Part shown: one piece after another, positions 33,887 to 36,433 of the stretch
Numbering within the stretch: the stretch's first letter is position 1
Layout: each line of letters opens with the position of its first letter
Source of the DNA: a virus
Lineage: Duplodnaviria > Caudoviricetes
Virus record (IMG/VR): IMGVR_UViG_3300037847_003348
Location: 1-36,433 of that record
Length of the DNA: 36,433 nt
Strand: one strand, 5' to 3'
The notes under the pieces: model-generated
Databases searched by the model: none
Told to the model about the DNA's origin: nothing
Seen by the model: only the letters and a program-made list of their open reading frames with translations
Translations under genes and position numbers: made by a program

Positions 33887-33934
33887 CCACCCCCTCCACA
33901 TAATGCGGGGGGAGTGGCGTTTTTGGCTTTTTTT
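33887..33934 (+). terminator. GC-rich hairpin followed by T-tracts
   Basis: CCACCCCCTCC...GGGGGGAGTGG stem, then TTTTTGGCTTTTTTT. Confidence 0.4.
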
Positions 33935-33936
33935 GA

Positions 33937-34206
33937 TTATTTCCTTTGTTTGGCTGCTTCAAATCCTTCAATAAATGCATTAATTAAATAATACAATTCT
34001 TTTTTTGGATAATAAAAACCGTTTCCAACTGGAACGGATTTTATACAGTGCTTATCATCAATTATTTCTAATCTCCAACCACCATAAGCAGAGCCAATAT
34101 TGTATGTATTGTCTGGGTCCATTGCGTTTAGATAGTCTTCAAGATTGTATAACATCTCTTTTGATATTCTAAACATATTGTACTTCATACCTGCTATAGA
34201 GGCCAT
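33937..34206 (-). CDS. Hypothetical protein (89 aa)
   Basis: ORF track. Confidence 0.75.
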   Translation of the reverse strand: MASIAGMKYNMFRISKEMLYNLEDYLNAMDPDNTYNIGSAYGGWRLEIIDDKHCIKSVPVGNGFYYPKKELYYLINAFIEGFEAAKQRK

Positions 34207-34383
34207 TTAACACCATCCTTCTGCCTTTTCATGGCAAGGTGCGCAGCGGTACCCAAAGCCCTTATTTGGCTCATACATTTTTAATGCGCACATTCTACAA
34301 TAATAGATAGGTGTTGCAAAACCTGATATTGAATCTGGTTCGTATTGCTGGCCTGTTTTTGAGGTGTATTTTTGTTCGCTCAT
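34207..34383 (-). CDS. 58-aa Zn-finger protein, probably leaderless
   Basis: CRMC...CAPC; TATA at ~34406-34413, about 25 nt upstream. Confidence 0.7.
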   Translation of the reverse strand: MSEQKYTSKTGQQYEPDSISGFATPIYYCRMCALKMYEPNKGFGYRCAPCHEKAEGWC

Positions 34384-34664
34384 GTTTTAGTTATTTACAA
34401 GGTAGTATATATAATTTCTATGGCCTATTTGTGCTTAGAGGCTGTTTTTCTAGGGGTTTGAAAAATCCTGTTTGCACTTTTCGGGCACCCTAAATTTGCT
34501 GATATCTATTAGACCATAGTTCTTATATAGCCTAGTCTCTGGGGGCCTAGGGCTAGGTCTAAAGACGCCGCCCAGATATTTAGGGTAGTCTAAACTATCC
34601 TAAATTTGCTAGGAGGGGGATAGATAGATATTTAACCCTTGGGATTCCTTGCAAATAATCCTAC

Positions 34665-34680
34665 CCATAAGTATATATAG
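34665..34680 (+). promoter_or_regulatory. Promoter CCATAAGTATATATAG with no downstream protein gene
   Basis: Exact copy of the 33822-33837 promoter; only a 12-codon ORF follows. Confidence 0.6.
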
Positions 34681-34857
34681 CCCTTTCGTCATGAGCTCTC
34701 GCACCCCCAAATCTAACCCCGACAAGTAAGATTATTACTATAGAGTAAGATTGGCATCATTGGAACTAATTATTCCTCCGCCATCCTACGCGCCCGCACG
34801 AGGGATTTAAGGTGCTACACATGAACGAAATGTAGTCTAATTGCGTATATGGGGGGT

Positions 34858-35046
34858 CTATTCCTTGTTGTTTTTAACCTCCTCCATTGTGTGTTTTGCA
34901 CTTAGATAATGTAATCCTGATTTGATTACTTTAAAGGCATTCCATAGCTCTTCTTCTGTCTTTAGATTATCTGTTAAGTCTATTATAGTTTCTTTTATTC
35001 TTGTCGCCTTTGCTGCTGCAAAAAAAGACTTTTGAGATTCAGCCAT
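34858..35046 (-). CDS. Hypothetical protein (62 aa)
   Basis: ORF track; GAGGT RBS. Confidence 0.7.
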   Translation of the reverse strand: MAESQKSFFAAAKATRIKETIIDLTDNLKTEEELWNAFKVIKSGLHYLSAKHTMEEVKNNKE

Positions 35047-35388
35047 TTAAAGAACCTCTCCGTCCCATCCTATGGTCTTTGGGTCCCTTACCCTGTCCAT
35101 TTGCTCTAGACCGTCTAATTTGCGCTCTAAATGCATCCTATAGAGGTCTTCTATCTGACTGCCTGATAATGAAAACCAGCAAAGGTTCATCATATTATCG
35201 GCATCCTCTGCACGTGTATGTTTTATCATTGGTCTAAAAGAATCCTGATGGTCTTTTTGCTTCTGGGAATCAATAACGAAGGTTAATTGGTATCCCATTT
35301 CTCTACCTGCTGAAAATGCTGTAATGTCTACTGCATTTGTCATAGAGTTTTGCGTGTTTACTTTGTAAGTTCCTAATTGTTCGGTCAT
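35047..35388 (-). CDS. Hypothetical protein (~113 aa)
   Basis: ORF track 35047..35421; ATG 35388 with AGGAGA is the likelier start. Confidence 0.75.
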   Translation of the reverse strand: MTEQLGTYKVNTQNSMTNAVDITAFSAGREMGYQLTFVIDSQKQKDHQDSFRPMIKHTRAEDADNMMNLCWFSLSGSQIEDLYRMHLERKLDGLEQMDRVRDPKTIGWDGEVL

Positions 35389-35505
35389 GTGTGTTTCTCC
35401 TTGTTTGTTAATGGGAGACACGCCCCGCTGGTCCTCCAGATATACTGGGCCATTTGGGGTGGTCCGTGTTTCTCATAATTTGCCATGAACATAGGTCTAT
35501 ATAAA
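35389..35505 (-). promoter_or_regulatory. TATA promoter plus structured ~90-nt 5' UTR
   Basis: TTTATATA at 35498-35505; nested stems GAGA..CACG/CGTGTCTC, CCCC/GGGG and CCAG/CTGG. Confidence 0.6.
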
Positions 35506-35519
35506 GTTGGTGGTGAAAC

Positions 35520-36433
35520 CTAATCCTTACTAAATTTGACCCTCCTATGCTTTGGAATATATACACCACTTCCAACTATTGTGGGTTTAATCCATTGGTA
35601 TTTACCGACCTTTCCATCAGGTCTGGTAATGATTGGGACGTGTTTGTATTTCCTGTGCCTATACTTGCGCCAAAACGCTATTCTATCGTGTTTAGTGACA
35701 CCCATAGCTCCAGAGTCAACAGCCTCTTTGTATTTAGCAAAGTATTCTTTGGTTTTATTGTCACAAGTAATTAAGGTCGATGATGGTATTGGAATATAGC
35801 CACTTTTCTTTCTTTTCTTAAATGAATTTGTCCTATTTCTCTCAATTAAAACTTTCTCTTTCAATGTTAAAAAACAAACCAAATTTATAAGATAATTTTT
35901 CACTACTGTTGTGTGTGTTTCATTTTTAATAAAAGAAGTATCCGCATCTACTCCGTATATCTCTTTTATCTCGTTGTGAGTAAATATGATAAATGAATTA
36001 TTTATGTAGTAATTACCATTATCAAAATCAATCCTATAATTTACTTCATATCCATCTATTGAATGCTCTATACTTGATTCTCTTGTCGCGTTTGTTCCAC
36101 TAGGCAAATATTTTAACTCTGGGCCATCGTCGCCTATCTCCATTCTTATTGATTTTTTACAAACCAACATTCCACTGATAATAGAATTTTCATGCTTGAT
36201 TGAAGTACTAATAAACATTCTATCAAAGGGCATTTGGAAGTCGTTGGATTGACTAACATCTAGCGGTTTAGTCCTTTCTAAATGTTCACTCAAATCCTTA
36301 TCAACCTCAAAGTATTTGGCCTGTTCTAATCTTTTTAGGATTCCTAAATACATCCTTTTATTTTCACTATCATTTTTAGCCATTGCTGTATTGCTATTAA
36401 ATTCATCTGTGAAGTCTGGCCTACCCTCTATAA
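35520..36433 (-). CDS. 3' part of the ~345-aa hypothetical protein (H.R..FWR...WIKP..VG C-terminal motif)
   Basis: Frame is open to the window end and joins 1-224; C-terminal motif recalled from uncharacterised viral proteins. Confidence 0.85.
   Translation of the reverse strand, partial: IEGRPDFTDEFNSNTAMAKNDSENKRMYLGILKRLEQAKYFEVDKDLSEHLERTKPLDVSQSNDFQMPFDRMFISTSIKHENSIISGMLVCKKSIRMEIGDDGPELKYLPSGTNATRESSIEHSIDGYEVNYRIDFDNGNYYINNSFIIFTHNEIKEIYGVDADTSFIKNETHTTVVKNYLINLVCFLTLKEKVLIERNRTNSFKKRKKSGYIPIPSSTLITCDNKTKEYFAKYKEAVDSGAMGVTKHDRIAFWRKYRHRKYKHVPIITRPDGKVGKYQWIKPTIVGSGVYIPKHRRVKFSKD
36334..36433. repeat. Terminal direct repeat, copy 2
   Basis: Matches 1-100 with one mismatch. Confidence 0.97.

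Noticed and set aside
3695-35799. Numerous plus-strand ORFs in the track (e.g. 5364, 17074, 23608, 26104, 27506, 33032, 33439)
   Set aside because: Antisense shadows of well-supported minus-strand genes, with no RBS or promoter support.

Overview
This window is the complete, circularly closed genome (about 36.3 kb unit length) of a tailed (Caudoviricetes) virus. The two ends carry a 100-nt overlap with one synonymous mismatch, and an ORF reads through the junction. Archaeal-type TATA boxes, GGAGGTGA/GGTGA ribosome-binding sites, probable leaderless genes and many Cys/His Zn-ribbon microproteins point to an archaeal host (inference; the exact host cannot be determined). Almost all genes are on the minus strand. 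The order is: TerS, two PD-(D/E)XK nucleases, TerL, portal, a multi-domain prohead protease, scaffold, HK97-type major capsid protein, two large beta-rich/LamG fibre proteins, an unexpected translationally coupled membrane module with an MscS-like channel, head-tail adaptor, tail tube, chaperone, a very short tape-measure candidate, and tail tip and hub. I could not recognise a polymerase, helicase, primase, integrase or classical lysis gene. The most unusual elements are: (i) the MscS/membrane/Gln-Pro-rich module inside the virion operon; (ii) a lone plus-strand cassette with a ~240-nt highly structured RNA (two cUNCGg hairpins, an H-type pseudoknot) between two small genes; (iii) a perfect 26-bp inverted repeat pair at the late/early boundary; (iv) a polyprotein-like prohead protease; (v) a CCTAA-rich putative origin; (vi) a possible RNA switch in an early 5' UTR. 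All functional calls come from motif recognition by eye; no searches were run.
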